Shown: in pieces, positions 13,667 through 27,149 of the stretch
Numbering within the stretch: the first letter of the stretch is position 1
Layout: every line of letters begins with the position of its first letter
Assembly (NCBI RefSeq): GCF_006345805.1
Contig: NC_042998.1
Location: 8,122,001 to 8,186,000 of the forward strand
Source: Octopus sinensis
Taxonomy: Eukaryota
Length of the DNA stretch: 64,000 nt
Reading direction: 5' to 3'
Program-made: the position numbers and the translations under genes
The notes under the pieces: generated by a model
Database searches by the model: none
Seen by the model: the letters and a program-made list of their open reading frames with translations, nothing else
What the model was told of the DNA's origin: nothing

Positions 13667-15142
13667 TATATGTGTGTGTGTGTGTGTGTGTGTGCATATA
13701 TGTATGTATGTATGTATTATGTATCTATGTGTGTATGTATGTGTGTATGTATGTATGTATGTATGTATGTATGTATGTATGTATATATGTATGTATGTAT
13801 GTATGTATGTGTACGCATGAGTTTGTGTGTGTGTCCTGTACAAATTTTATCGATATGTAAATACCTACGGCCATTTCTAACTTCCTTGATTTTAAACGGA
13901 AACCTTTACAATCTTCGATATAAAAGAATTTTTGAAGTGACTTCTTTACGAGAAACTATTATATTTCAACATACCAAATACTTTTTATCTTTGTTGTTTA
14001 TGAACTTCGCTATAAACTTTTCGATTAACAAATCTTTGATATATACCTAATAAAATGAAATCTATAACATTTCACAATAATGCTATTTTATAGATTTTCA
14101 GACTTTATTGAGTGATAGCGTTTTATTGCACTTATTACTATTTTATTTTATGTATGTGTCTTTTACTTAGCTGGTATTAAGACATACAAATTCGTCTCTG
14201 TTGTTGATTGTATAATCACGCATTCATTTGCGTAGGTATTCGTGTGGGTAGACAGATAATTTTTTGGAACATTTACTTCCAGAAACATTGTATACACTGT
14301 TCTTTGAGGGGTGACGTGTCAGAGATTGAAAATGAATGGCATACCAATCAGTAAAATGCTTCATATATTATTTACAATAGCTTTGCTGTGTAACGAAACC
14401 TTATTATGATAATCAAAATATATCGCTCTTAAGAAGTAGATGGCTGTGTGCTTGTTTTTGTTTTGTAACTTGAAACGATTATGTAGGAGAAATGCTTATC
14501 GTTGATGTTACTGAGTAAAAACTGCGAAGATAGTTGTTAATTATAAAAATTGGTCAAATAGATGACATCAATTTAGTGTGTGCTAATACAGTATATTTGT
14601 ATACTATGACGAATATATTATTGCAGCATAATATAATTCTGGGAAATGTTTCAAGTTCAGGGTGTAGTTTTTGTCTCGCCTACTCACGAAAAGTAAAACA
14701 TCCTTTTATAGTCGACGGATGGAATAAAATTTCACTTGTTGGTTAAAAATAATAAATTCATTAGACAAAATTCTTTCTGCTCATTAACCACCTTTCATGC
14801 GTAAGTCATGAATATGAAATTAAAACACCATTCTTTCATTCCGTTTAACGCAAAAAATATAAGAAAAGCGCAATTCAGTAACACACATTTCTAAGAGTGA
14901 TTATACACAGCCGCTGACATCCAAACACACGTAAATACACGCGCGCGCATAAACACATATGTTAATATACGTTCTTTTGTGCTGTCGTAAATACAGTCAA
15001 AAATTTACTGAAGGAAAAAGGCTTGAATGACATTGACGTAAAATCGAGTGATATAGCAAAAGCTATGTGACTTCACAAGACTGACGAACACTTCGAAGTC
15101 ACTGTCACAGTTTTCTTGTAAATATACAAACACACACAACTA

Positions 15143-15347
15143 TACAAGGGTGGCTTTGGGTATAAGAAAATACAGGAGGATCAGTTAATTATGATTTTAT
15201 TCAAGATATCCCCTTCCCAGATTCACACATTTATTGCAGCGGTCCTTCCGTTTTTCTAAGCCCTGTAAAAGAACTCGGAAAGTTGGGTCTCCAACCAGGC
15301 CTTCCGCGATCCCCTTAAAGACAGGAACATTTCAGTACCTCCTTGTA
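15143..15347 (-). mobile_element. Short mariner-derived MITE
   Basis: TA flanks; ends TACAAGG/CCTTGTA; minus strand encodes the mariner C-terminus QGLEKRKDRCNKCVNLGRGYLE*; sister copy at 53625. Confidence 0.7.
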
Positions 15348-15351
15348 TAAA

Positions 15352-15575
15352 TGAATATGTGTGTGTATTTGTGTGTGTGTGTGTGTTTGTGTGTCTGTGT
15401 TTGTCCCCCAGCATCGCTTGACAACCGATTTTTTTACGTGACTTAGCGTTTCGACAAAAGAGACCGATAGAAAAAGTACCAGGATTACAAAGAATAGATC
15501 CTGGGTTCGATTTGTTCGACAAAAGGCGGTGCTCCAGCATGGCCGCAGTCAAATGGCTGAAACAAAGAAAAGGAA
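15352..15575 (+). mobile_element. SINE family B, 3' half
   Basis: GTCCCCCAGCATCGCTTGACAACCG...GGCGGTGCTCCAGCATGGCCGCAGTC. Confidence 0.8.
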
Positions 15576-15610
15576 TATATATATATATATCTATATATAT
15601 ATATATATAT

Positions 15611-17804
15611 AGCAATTAAGGACAACTACTTAATAAGGAAAACTTAACAAGAAATTGTCAGGTAGATAGCGTGAAAACCTCATAAGAGAAAAAATTTCGA
15701 AAATAATTATTTCTTATTGAACATATTAATTTATATAAAGAGGGCATTATACATACATGCCAGAAGGCATTATACATACATGCCACACGCTAAGAGGGAC
15801 AATTAGTCATTTCTACCAAAAATATTACTAATCCCACCGAATGCAATTTTTCAAAGTAAGACATTTAAAAAAAAAAAAAAAAAAATATAGACCTGTATCA
15901 CAGTGATTTCATACTTACGTATTCATCAGCAGGCCTGAATGTATTATAAATAAACAACGACCCTGCCCCGCCTAAGCCGATCAGCTAACTGATCAACATC
16001 AACGAAGCACATGGGTGAGTTTACATATATTACATCCGGATAAATGGCAAACTTTTACGAATTGCATTTCGGGAGAGGAAAAGTTTTTTCGGAATAAAAA
16101 TTTAGCAATTAAGGACAACTACTTAATAAGGAAAACTTAACAAGAAATTGTCAGGTAGATAGTGTGAAAACCTCATGAGAGAAAAAATTTCGAAAATAAT
16201 TATTTCTTATTGAACATATTAATTTATATATAGAGGGCATTATACATACATGCCAGAAGGCATTATACATACATGCCACACGCTAAGAGGGACAATTAGT
16301 CATTTCTACCAAAAATATTACTAATCCCACCGAATGCAATTTTTCAAAGTAAGACATTTAAAAAAAATATAGACCTGTATCACAGTGATTTCATACTTAC
16401 GTATTCATCAGCAGGCCTGAATGTATTATAAATAAACAACGACCCTGCCCCGCCTAAGCCGATCAGCTAACTGATCAACATCAACGAAGCACATGGGTGA
16501 GTTTACATATATTACATCCGGATAAATGGCAAACTTTTACGAATTGCATTTCGGGAGAGGAAAAGTTTTTTCGGAATAAAAATTTAGCAATTAAGGACAG
16601 CTACTTAATAAGGAAAACTTAACAAGAAATTGTCAGGTAGATAGCGTGAAAACCTCATAAGAGAAAAAATTTCGAAAATAATATTTCTTATTGAACATAT
16701 TAATTTTATATAGAGGGCATTATACATACATGCCAGAAGGCATTATACATACATGCCACACGCTAAGAGGGACAATTAGTCATTTCTACCAAAAATATTA
16801 CTAATCCCACCGAATGCAATTTTTCAAAGTAAGACATTTAAAAAAAATATAGACCTGTATCACAGTGATTTCATACTTACGTATTCATCAGCAGGCCTGA
16901 ATGTATTATAAATAAACAACGACCCTGCCCCGCCTAAGCCGATCAGCTAACTGATCAACATCAACGAAGCACATGGGTGAGTTTACATATATTACATCCG
17001 GATAAATGGCAAACTTTTACGAATTGCATTTCGGGAGAGGAAAAGTTTTTTCGGAATAAAAATTTAGCAATTAAGGACAACTACTTAATAAGGAAAACTT
17101 AACAAGAAATTGTCAGGTAGATAGCGTGAAAACCTCATAAGAGAAAAAATTTCGAAAATAATTATTTCTTATTGAACATATTAATTTATATAGAGGGCAT
17201 TATACATACATGCCAGAAGGCATATACATACATGCCACACGCTAAGAGGGACAATTAGTCATTTCTACCAAAAATATTACTAATCCCACCGAATGCAATT
17301 TTTCAAAGTAAGACATTTAAAAAAAATATAGACCTGTATCACAGTGATTTCATACTTACGTATTCATCAGCAGGCCTGAATGTATTATAAATAAACAACG
17401 ACCTGCCCCGCCTAAGCCGATCAGCTAACTGATCAACATCAACGAAGCACATGGGTGAGTTTACATATATTACATCCGGATATGCAATTCGTAAAAGTTT
17501 GCCATTTATCCGGATGTATATATGTAAACTCACCCATGTGCTTCGTTGATGTTGATCAGTTAGCTGATCGGCTTAGGCGGGGCAGGGTCGTTGTTTATTT
17601 ATAATACATTCAGGCCTGCTGATGAATACGTAAGTATGAAATCACTGTGATACAGGTCTATATTTTTTTAAATGTCTTACTTTGAAAAATTGCATTCGGT
17701 GGGATTAGTAATATTTTTGGTAGAAATGACTATTGTCCCTCTTAGCGTGTGGCATGTATGTATAATGCCTTCTGGCATGTATGTATAATGCCCTCTATAT
17801 ATAA
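15611..17804. repeat. Tandem array of about 481-bp HHR-containing unit (about 3.9 units) plus about 320-bp inverted arm; putative PLE-derived retrozyme
   Basis: AGCAATTAAGGACA at 15611, 16104, 16586, 17066; inversion at 17482/17483; (TA)n on both sides. Confidence 0.93.
17612..17659 (+). ncRNA. Minimal type I hammerhead ribozyme, representative of 5 copies (minus-strand copies at about 15889, 16369, 16849, 17329)
   Basis: AGGCCTG-CTGATGA-ATAC GTAA GTAT-GAAA-TCAC T GTGA-TA-CAGGTCT; canonical core, GNRA-capped stem II, near-palindromic stem III, AUA cleavage site after 17652. Confidence 0.88.
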
Positions 17805-17822
17805 TATATATATATATTATAT

Positions 17823-17870
<48 letters not shown>

Positions 17871-17900
17871 ATTATATATATATATATATATATATGTATA

Positions 17901-18837
17901 CGGTATGTAAAGACCATTTACGGTGTATTTGAAGTATTAATTTATAAAAATATGGTAAAGTAAAAAAATTCACTTTACCACACACCGAACTTTTCAGAAA
18001 TAGCAGCCAAAAATATGGCTATTTCTTCAACTGCAAATAAAAGTCTCCAGACAATGCATACTCAGAAAATAACTCACATAGGTATAAGGGAAAAACAATG
18101 AAAGATCACATCCATATACGATACCCGAGGACAGTCTGTTTCTGGATTTGTGGGTAAAACGCCACTTTTCCTTCATCAGCTCAGAGATTTCTTCTGATTT
18201 AGATTTGAAAATACTAAGAATCAAACATACCCGTCCGATATCTGTAACATCGGACAAACCATGCCAGACACCCAGTACTAGCGAATCCAAAAATACGAAT
18301 GAGATCTATTATTCTCCCTGTCCACCCACGTGAGTCATAGAGCATTACATTTCTACAGAGGTAAAAACTGTAGTTCAAATTCTTGGAGAGAAAAGCATTA
18401 TATTGTCATCAAAAAAGGGGGTAGAATTAATTAATTGTTAATAAATTCGACCAAGCAGTATTCGGTATGTAAAGACCATTTACGGTGTATTTGAAGTATT
18501 AATTTATAAAAATATGGTAAAGTAAAAAAATTCACTTTACCACACACCGAACTTTTCAGAAATAGCAGCCAAAAATATGCAGAAGAAATCTCTGAGCTGA
18601 TGAAGGAAAAGTGGCGTTTTACCCACAAATCCAGAAACAGACTGTCCTCGGGTATCGTATATGGATGTGATCTTTCATTGTTTTTCCCTTATACCTATGT
18701 GAGTTATTTTCTGAGTATGCATTGTCTGGAGACTTTTATTTGCAGTTGAAGAAATAGCCATATTTTTGGCTGCTATTTCTGAAAAGTTCGGTGTGTGGTA
18801 AAGTGAATTTTTTTACTTTACCATATTTTTATAAATT
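17901..18837. repeat. About 562-bp HHR-containing unit (1.2 copies) plus 258-bp inverted arm; putative PLE-derived element
   Basis: CGGTATGTAAAGACC at 17901 and 18463; inversion at 18579/18580; (TA)n on both sides. Confidence 0.88.
18590..18652 (+). ncRNA. Type I hammerhead ribozyme (second copy on minus strand at about 18124-18186)
   Basis: CTGAG-CTGATGA-A GGA..GTGG..CCAC..TCC A-GAAA-CAG A CTG-TC-CTCGG; GUC cleavage site after 18646. Confidence 0.8.
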
Positions 18838-18843
18838 TATATA

Positions 18844-18882
<39 letters not shown>

Positions 18883-19004
18883 CAGTAATTTCAGGCTTGT
18901 ATTTTAGTGGGAGTTTTGATGAAAATATTCTACTGATATTCCTTCACTTGAAAATATGATCAGACGCATCATCAGAGCTTATATATATACATACACACAC
19001 ACAA

Positions 19005-19062
<58 letters not shown>

Positions 19063-20985
19063 TGTGTGTATGTATGTATATTGCAAATAAGAAAATGGAG
19101 GAGCACGATAGTTGGTTCATCAAGTTTAGGACATTAAAAATGTTAACTTATTTGTGTGTGTGTGTGTTTGTATATATATAAGCTCTGATGATGTGTCTGT
19201 TCATATTTTCATGGCTACCGAATAATTGTCACATATTACATTTATAGATATATATATATATACATATATGTTTGCTCAGTCCTTTATTCTGTAGGAAATG
19301 CATTTGTTTTAGCAATAACTTGATGCATGACACACAGGAAGATAGTGACATTTTGGAGCTGCGTGATGTCATCTGAAGCTATGTGACATAATCGTCATTT
19401 TTGTGACATTTCCAATTTTAAGGGTTTCACTCTGTGCTTTGTTCAACAAGAATTTGGTAGTTATTCCTTGTGTTTGTCAGCAAAAGTATGCTCTTCAAAA
19501 TATGCTGTAGAGTAAAGGTCAGGAGTTCAAGAGAAAGTACATTTCCTGTCGTTATTGGCACCAATCTCAAGTTTCCGAGAATCATGAGTTTTCATAACCT
19601 TTTTTTCGTTTTGAAATATGTAAATATGCTCGACCAACAGTTTCAGAAATATTATCGGAGACTTTATAACCTTCTTCTCAAGGACCTAACTCTCAAACGA
19701 TGAAATGTTTCTCTCCTCACATCCGAGTACTAGGTCTAGGTATTTAGTTTTGTTAATGCTATTCAGTAGTCGGTAGTGGTACAAAACTTAAGGCCGACCG
19801 GATTCATTTTCAACCGCTCTTCTATTCCATTGTTTCATGAGCCTTATCGTTTGTGGTTAAACCAGCGTATCGAAAGAGTCACTAAAGTATCGAAGAGAAA
19901 ACCTCACGGCATTTGTTCAGACTCACTGCGCTTAAGTTCAAATCCCCCCCAAACTTAACTTTGTTTTTTTCCTCCCAGGGTCGATAAAATTAACCAATCT
20001 AGGGCGGTAAGTTGACTAAGCTCTTAGAGTGTTGAGTATGACTTTTTACACTGTGTTCTGGCTCTTTGGGATCTAAGAGCAAAGCCTACAACAACAGTGT
20101 TACCAATCTGTATCGACCATAAAGTAATGGCCTCTTCTATGGATAATATCAGTGACGTGCATAAAGAGACTTCCATATATGAGTAACTTGACATCATCCT
20201 CAATGCAACTTTACCCATACCCGCATACAGATATGTAGTTATGGTCAAATGTACTTTATATAAAACCTTATAGAATCTAAGGATATCGCTATTTCTGTGA
20301 CGTGTTCAAGTCTTTTCAAGCTTTCATTCTCATGTATGGAGAGCATTTTCTCTGTCTTCCACTCAAGTAGCCCAAATATCGACAGCTGTACTGGTACAGG
20401 CAATGCTATGTGGGACAGTGTCTTGTCTTAAGAAGAAAACAAACCCTAAGAGGTATAGTTTTAAAGTATGGCACTATACTCTTTGGCATCTCTCTTTTTT
20501 TATATATATATTTTCTCTGTGCTATGTTTCCGTCGAAACATAAGTATTTGCAGCAGTTGTGTGGAGTTACGGATGGTGCTATTAAGTTAGACATGGCCTG
20601 GACCAGTCTCTGGTCGAAACATATCTAAGTTTTATCTAAGTTTTAATCGATTTTAATGTTTATCTCCAAGAAAAATATCTGTTCCATGTTCAACTATGCT
20701 CTAAAAACATTTCTTCTGGCCAAATTCGATTTCTATATCAGCTAAACATGTTGATATTAAGTCCAGATGTTTAGTATTGTAGATATTTCGGTGTAAATCT
20801 TTAAGTAGTTAGAAAAGAAATTAGAGGATTCATATACATTCTCATATAGCCACCGGACAGTTGATTCAGTACGAAAGTAAATAAAATTACAGACTGTCTT
20901 CTTGAAAGGTTGCTTTGGAAACCTTAATATCAGACATGATTTCATTCACATTTGTGAAGAAAGCTGGCCAGATCTTCTAAACCTT

Positions 20986-21014
20986 GCAGCAGCAGCAGCA
21001 GCAGCGGAAGCGGA

Positions 21015-21081
<67 letters not shown>
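20986..21081. repeat. (GCA)n-(GTA)n compound trinucleotide microsatellite
   Basis: Direct inspection. Confidence 0.9.
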
Positions 21082-22413
21082 ATGGTGATGGTGTTGGTGG
21101 TACGAAGGACTGACAAAATCGTTAGAGCAGCTGATAAGCTGTTTTGCTCTATTTGCTTGAGACCTCTTTACGTTCTGAGTTCGAATCTGATATCGAAAGA
21201 AAGTGCCAATCAAGTACTGGTCTGGGGTTTAATATCTGGCCTTGGGTCTGTGATACTGCTACTGCTATTACAGTCAATCTGTTGCTGGCGTTGTATTTTA
21301 TAAATAATACCATTCTTTCCTCAATAGATTGTTTGTGAAGTGTCAGAATTGTATAATGGTTTATCTCACTCGTGAATATTTCTCTCGTTACTCAAAGACT
21401 AACATAACATGTTGGTTAAGAACTCTGTTATTCAATAGTTTAGTCCGTTGTTTGAATTTTGTGTTATTTACTGTCGGAATTGTTACACAAGATCCCCATC
21501 GTTAGCACCTGATATTTCATATAACAGCTGACAGCTTGATGTCAGTGATTTTTACACTAAAACTGGAAACAATAGGTTTTCATGGTATGTTGTTTGAAGC
21601 ACCGTATTATAAATAACATGTATATATATATGTATCTGCGTGCGTATGTGTACGTGTGTAAGCGTGTGTACTCTTTATATTTCTGTGTATGTTTGTATCT
21701 GTGCGTGAATCTGTACTGATTGTGTGTGTGAACGTACTTTTTATCTGCGTGTGCTAATAGTTGTGTATACAAGGCGTTTGCATCGTGAATTTATATTCCA
21801 TCACATTGTTAAAATAAAGCAATAGAAACCAAGATAAACCACACGTTATAAATTCCTTTTTGTCTTTGTCTAAACAAAGGAGGAATGGCGCTCATGAAAC
21901 AAGCTTTCCGAGGTTGCCGAGAGAAACATGTTTGATTGCTTAATTTAGGCTTATATATGAACGGAAGAATTAGAAGCGTTGGAATTCGAGACGGTTGTAG
22001 TAATGCTAAAGACTGATTCAAAAAAGAGTTTAGTGAAGGATTTGAAAGATAAAGCAAATTACGTATCATTACATCGGATGATGTGAGAGGGTTTGGCATA
22101 CATGATGGTACCTTGGGTGGATATGGTAACGCATTTTATAGTTCAATAATTGTAGAATATTGGTGAGCAAGAATTCGCGAATGAGCCGAATTACCTTCGT
22201 TTGGATGCAGTATATAGTTTGTTTAAATGTAGCAGCAGCACTTCTACAGATATGTAAACAATAATCTAATGAGGAACTTACGTTTTGAGAAGTAAATTTC
22301 GCTTTTGCTTCCGAAGAAAAGAAAATATAACAATAAATTAAATAAGGATAATAGACTAACTATCATAATAATGGCGTAAGTTCACTGAGTATTTGTAAGA
22401 ATTTATATCTGAA

Positions 22414-22807
22414 CTAGCAGTATCGCCCGGCGTTGCTCGGGTTTGTAAGGGATATAACTATAAAGCATTTTTAGAGAGTTATAGCCAAAAAACAGCAAAA
22501 AATGCATTAAAAATGGAAAAGAAATTATGGTAAATTTTTTTTTAAATCGTTGACTCATCGTAGACATTTTTAGAGAGTTACTTCCCTTTATTTAAAAAAT
22601 ATGCTTTAAAATGGAAAAAAATTATGGTAAATTATTTTAAAATCGTAGATTCATCGTAGACGCGCGCTAATACCCAGAAGGGCTCGATATGAATCACAAC
22701 TATAAGATACCCGGTTTTGGTTAAACTGCACCGCAAAATGTGGGAGTAGTTAGGAATCTAAATCGTAGGAGACAGACAGCACACAACCTCACTTTTATAT
22801 ATAAATA
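22414..22807 (-). mobile_element. Non-autonomous Helitron
   Basis: Minus-strand 3' end CCCGAGCAACGCCGGG hairpin followed by CTAG|T; 5' end T(C>A)TTTATATATAAAAGTGAGG; internal duplication of about 100 bp. Confidence 0.75.
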
Positions 22808-24543
22808 TTAGCTGTGTTGTGCAATGTGTAAATGTATAGCACGCTAATCACGACCAGACAGCAATGTAAGGCCGATAATAGGAATCGGCGTAAGTGAACA
22901 GCGTAGAATAAATTTTGGATTCATAGAATTGGACATGCGTCATTTCGGATAAAGAAACTCTTATCTTACATGCTGACATTTTTACACTATCTGTTCCTCG
23001 TTATTAATACTGAAGTGTTGATTGCCAGCTTGGCTAAGATATCCTACAGAAAATTAAATGTGTGACAAATCAGTATCAAGCGATAAAGTGTACTTTATAA
23101 TTTGCACATGAAGCTAAGTATGAAGCTATGTTCGACTAAGGAATGCATTTCTTCATATTTATCGAAACTAACAGAAATATGTAAATTCCCATTTTTTAAA
23201 CAGAGATGATTTTCGTTTTTTCCTCTGACTCACATGATCCCCTTGGTCTTATTCTTATCTTCCGTATTCCTATCGTTAGGTCGATGGGAGACAAATCACC
23301 TACCTGGTATACCTGAGTACGGCTCAGGTATACCAGGTAGGTTTTTATCCTCGCAGAAAGAATTGAATTTGTCAATGTAATTAACGAATCAAGCTCTAAA
23401 TTTGTAACGATGGGGTTTTTCATTAAATGGGCTGATCGAGAACACAACTTCATGAGAGGAGCAACATGTAAAATACCGATCACATTTCTGGTTGTTTGCT
23501 GCTCTATCCAGTTGTGAGGGGCATGGTTGCGTAGTTAACAAGTTCGTTTTGCAATCATGAAGTTTTAGATTCGACATCAGTGTTCGGAATTTTGGGCAAG
23601 TGCCTTGTACAATAGAAGTGAGGAAAGGTGAGGAGAGAAGAAAGAAAAGAAAAGGATATCAAAGATTTACGTTTTATTGAATTTAATTACTTGACAAATT
23701 CTACCTTGTGATTTGTTGACGTTACTAGAGTAGTTCCATCTGAAGACATAGAAACTGCATATCCTTAGCGAAACAGCTGATGAGGGCATAATATTCGTTC
23801 GTTCTTTTACCAGAACGGTTATCAGTTTGAAAACAGACGTTCATGTATGATATAACTAAATTCTGCCAGTAGATTCTATTAAATTTTGAAAACGAAATGT
23901 AATTTAATAAACACTGACTTTATCATCATTCTGTATGAATATAAATGCTTTTGAACACCATGTACACACACACATACACACATACACTTATACATACGTG
24001 CGCACATATACTCACATATATACGTGTGTGACTGTGTGTGTGTGTGAATGTGTGTGTGCTTCTCTCTGTGCGTGTGCAAATACATATACCTACAGATATA
24101 CGCAATATCCAAACATCTTTCAATAACTATTTTATCTTTGTTTGCGTAGGCTTCATTTCTTACATACAAGCTTCGACTGATAACCACTCACATCAAGCTG
24201 TTCTAAAGCTTACCAATACAGACATTCATAACACTAAAGAATTGTTTTCTAATCAAAATATGGCTCATACTGACGGTGAAGGTTTAAAGAAATTGTAGCG
24301 CTGCACCGAAGGAAAATGAATCTGTAGGCATGATGAAGTTAGTTATTCATAACATATCTTTGATGTTGGAAATCCGAGCATTAAAATCTCTAATTCAGGT
24401 TTTCAAAAAATACGAAAATTATCGTTGACGTAAGAAATATCTAAAAATAGTAATGTACCAAGAAATGATTCAATGATCTGCTATACATATATAACTATAA
24501 ATATAAATATAAATATATATATATTTTTTTTTAAATATATATA

Positions 24544-24947
24544 CTCTTTTACTCTTTTACTTGTTTCAGTCATTTGACTGCGGCCATGCTGGAGCACCGC
24601 CTTTAATCGAGCAACTCGACCCCGGGACTTATTATTTGTAAGCCCAGTACTTATTTATCGGTCTCTTTAGCCGAACCGCTAAGTGACGGGGACATAAACA
24701 CACCAGCATCGGTTGTCAAGCAATGCTAGGGGGACAAACACAGACACACAAACATACAGGCACATACATATATATATACATATATACGACAGGCTTCTTT
24801 CAGTTTCCGTCTACCAAATCCACTCACAAGGCTTTGGTCGGCCCGGGGCTATAGTAGAAGACACTTGCCCAAGGTGCCACGCAGTGGGGCTGAACCCGGA
24901 ACCAAGTGGTTGGTAAACAAGCTACTTACCACACAGCCACTCCTGCG

Positions 24948-24949
<2 letters not shown>
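24544..24949 (-). mobile_element. SINE family B, full length
   Basis: Reverse complement of the 27150 copy; (AAAAGAGT)n tail. Confidence 0.88.
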
Positions 24950-24990
<41 letters not shown>

Positions 24991-26204
24991 CTAAATTGAA
25001 CGTGCCACACATTCGCACATACAAATATACAAGAATACACCGAGGAATTGTATTTGCTCGGTGTAGACATTTCCGCCAAAATTTGATTTTTTAAATGGTT
25101 GATTCAGATAGCATCAGTCTGGTGTTTGTTTATATTTGTATTAAGAATATGATGTCTGTGCGTCTATTTTAGCATTGTACTTTGTTAGCAATATATTTAT
25201 CCTTAATTGGCGCCTTTTCTGTGGATAATGCACTGGACAACATTTACTTGTCAACACGTCTATATTATATAGAATCCCTCCTGAAAAATAAGCGATTTAT
25301 AATAGAAGCATTACTTACGACAGCCTAAATCATGGTAAATGTTTTGTATGGGAACATAGTTTTAACACTCAAAATATTCTAGTTCTGGTGGTTCATGTAT
25401 GCACCAATCTCACATGCCTTGCCGAATATATAAATGCTAGAACACACGCTTATATCACTTCACCCAGTAGATGTAATTTAGGAAGTTATAGAAACGTTGA
25501 TGAGAGATTTATTACCTTCATAATTCACGACAAACTTGATAGAAGAAAAGAAAAATTTAACACTTGTGTTGTCAACTAAAACATGTCATGGATTTCTCCA
25601 CGATTCTCCACTTCAAGTAGAGAAATCCAAGTCATATTTTAATGGATATTAGAAATGCAACTATATAGCAGAAATTTTTTATATTCTTTTCAGATTCAAG
25701 AATTCCACCATACTACTTAATTCCAGAGCTAATCATTTTTAGCATGTGCAAACAATTTCACAGGCTTCTTTTGTCAAACTGGAGGACACCATCCGCTCCG
25801 GATTCTGTTGCTGTCTCGCAAACTTTGACGTATTTTATTATATTGTTCTACACCAGCTTGCTATAATTGTGGTTTCTGCAATCAGGGATGATGGGTCTCT
25901 TGGTTCTCTTATTTTCCTTTCTGTCTTTTCGTTTCATTTTTTGCATCAACCTTCGTCTTTTTCTTCTCATTTTGTTTTCTCACTTTCCGGCTGGTTGGTT
26001 TTTAAAACATATGTAGTGTATACACTGAGTCTGAAACGCTTCTTGAAGATACATAGCGTGTTTTATAAATCCCTCTATTCAAATTATCATAAAAGCATGA
26101 AATCATTTGTAGCTCTTTCGTAATGTATATTAAATTGATACTTATCTCTCATTGGATGTAGTACTGTTTTGTTGATTCTACTTATACTGCATATGTGTAT
26201 ATAT

Positions 26205-26817
26205 TGATTGATTGATTGATTGATTCTAGTTTCAGCTTATGAGCTGTGGCCATGCTGGGGCACCGCCATTTGGTGTTGCTACTTGGTTTCACTTCACGAA
26301 AGCTTTCTAGCAACTGCCATTTGGTGCATGAGAGAGTTCGATGCAGCTGCCCTCATCTGCCCCTCCTGCCGTGAAGTTGGTTCATCTGGGACACCTGACA
26401 GGAAGAGATCCAGCTTCATTTTAAAGACATCTGCATCCACCCCATGCAGGTCTCTCAGGTTCTTCGGGAGGATATTGAAGAGCTGTGGGCCTCGGAAGCC
26501 CAGGCTATCACAGAATCTTGTCCTACATCTTGATGGCAAGTTTGGAGTCCTAGGCACCACGCAGTGGAGCCCAGTTCTGGCATTTGCGTAACTCTCGATG
26601 CCAAAGTTCAGGACACGTCCCTCCAGGATCTTCCAGATGTATATTATGGCATATCTTTCCCGCCTACGCTCCAGGGAATATAGTTTTAATCTCTTGAGTC
26701 TTTCCCAGTAGCTTACATTCTGCATAGAGGCTATCTTCTTCGTGTAGCTACGTTGGATCGCCTCGAGCTCTGTGATCAACTTGACACTGGATGGTGACCA
26801 TAACTGAGAGCAGTAGT
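26205..26817 (-). mobile_element. 5'-truncated CR1-clade LINE 3' end
   Basis: ORF 26294-26779 ELEAIQRSYTKKI..YWERLKRLKLYSLERRRER is a CR1/L2-type ORF2 C-terminus; (AATC)n tail. Confidence 0.85.
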
Positions 26818-26911
26818 ATGTATGTATGTATGTATGTATGTATGTATGTATGTATGTATGTATGTATATACATATATGTATATATATATGCCTATATATA
26901 TGTATATATAT

Positions 26912-27112
26912 ATTCCGGTCACTTCAGCAATGTAACTACACGTGTACCGTTGGCAATTTCTTCTCCATCTTTGGACTTTTCCTTTTCTCCTTTCCGACGA
27001 AGAGCTATACTCGAAAAAACAAACTCTCTCCTTTCACCGAGTGTCAAGCTAATGCATTTCTTGAACACGTTCTCACGTTCGTTTTCTGTTTTCATTTTTT
27101 ATTTGAATTGAC
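26912..27112 (+). mobile_element. PLE-like remnant with degenerate HHR core
   Basis: CCGACGA-A-GAG CTATA CTC-GAAA at 26994-27016; stem III lost; (TA)n flanks. Confidence 0.4.
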
Positions 27113-27144
<32 letters not shown>

Positions 27145-27149
27145 ATATA

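Noticed and set aside
20024-20628. Moderate-complexity ORFs at 20.0-20.6 kb as host exons
   Set aside because: No recognisable motif or convincing splice-bounded open frame by eye; cannot be excluded without RNA-seq or a homology search.
20902-21303. Poly-Ala/poly-Val 133-aa ORF
   Set aside because: Product of a (GCA)n(GTA)n microsatellite followed by a decayed SINE.
25746-26123. 125-aa plus-strand ORF and Lys/Arg-rich minus-strand stretch
   Set aside because: Non-ATG start, compositionally biased; the minus-strand frames contain frequent stops.
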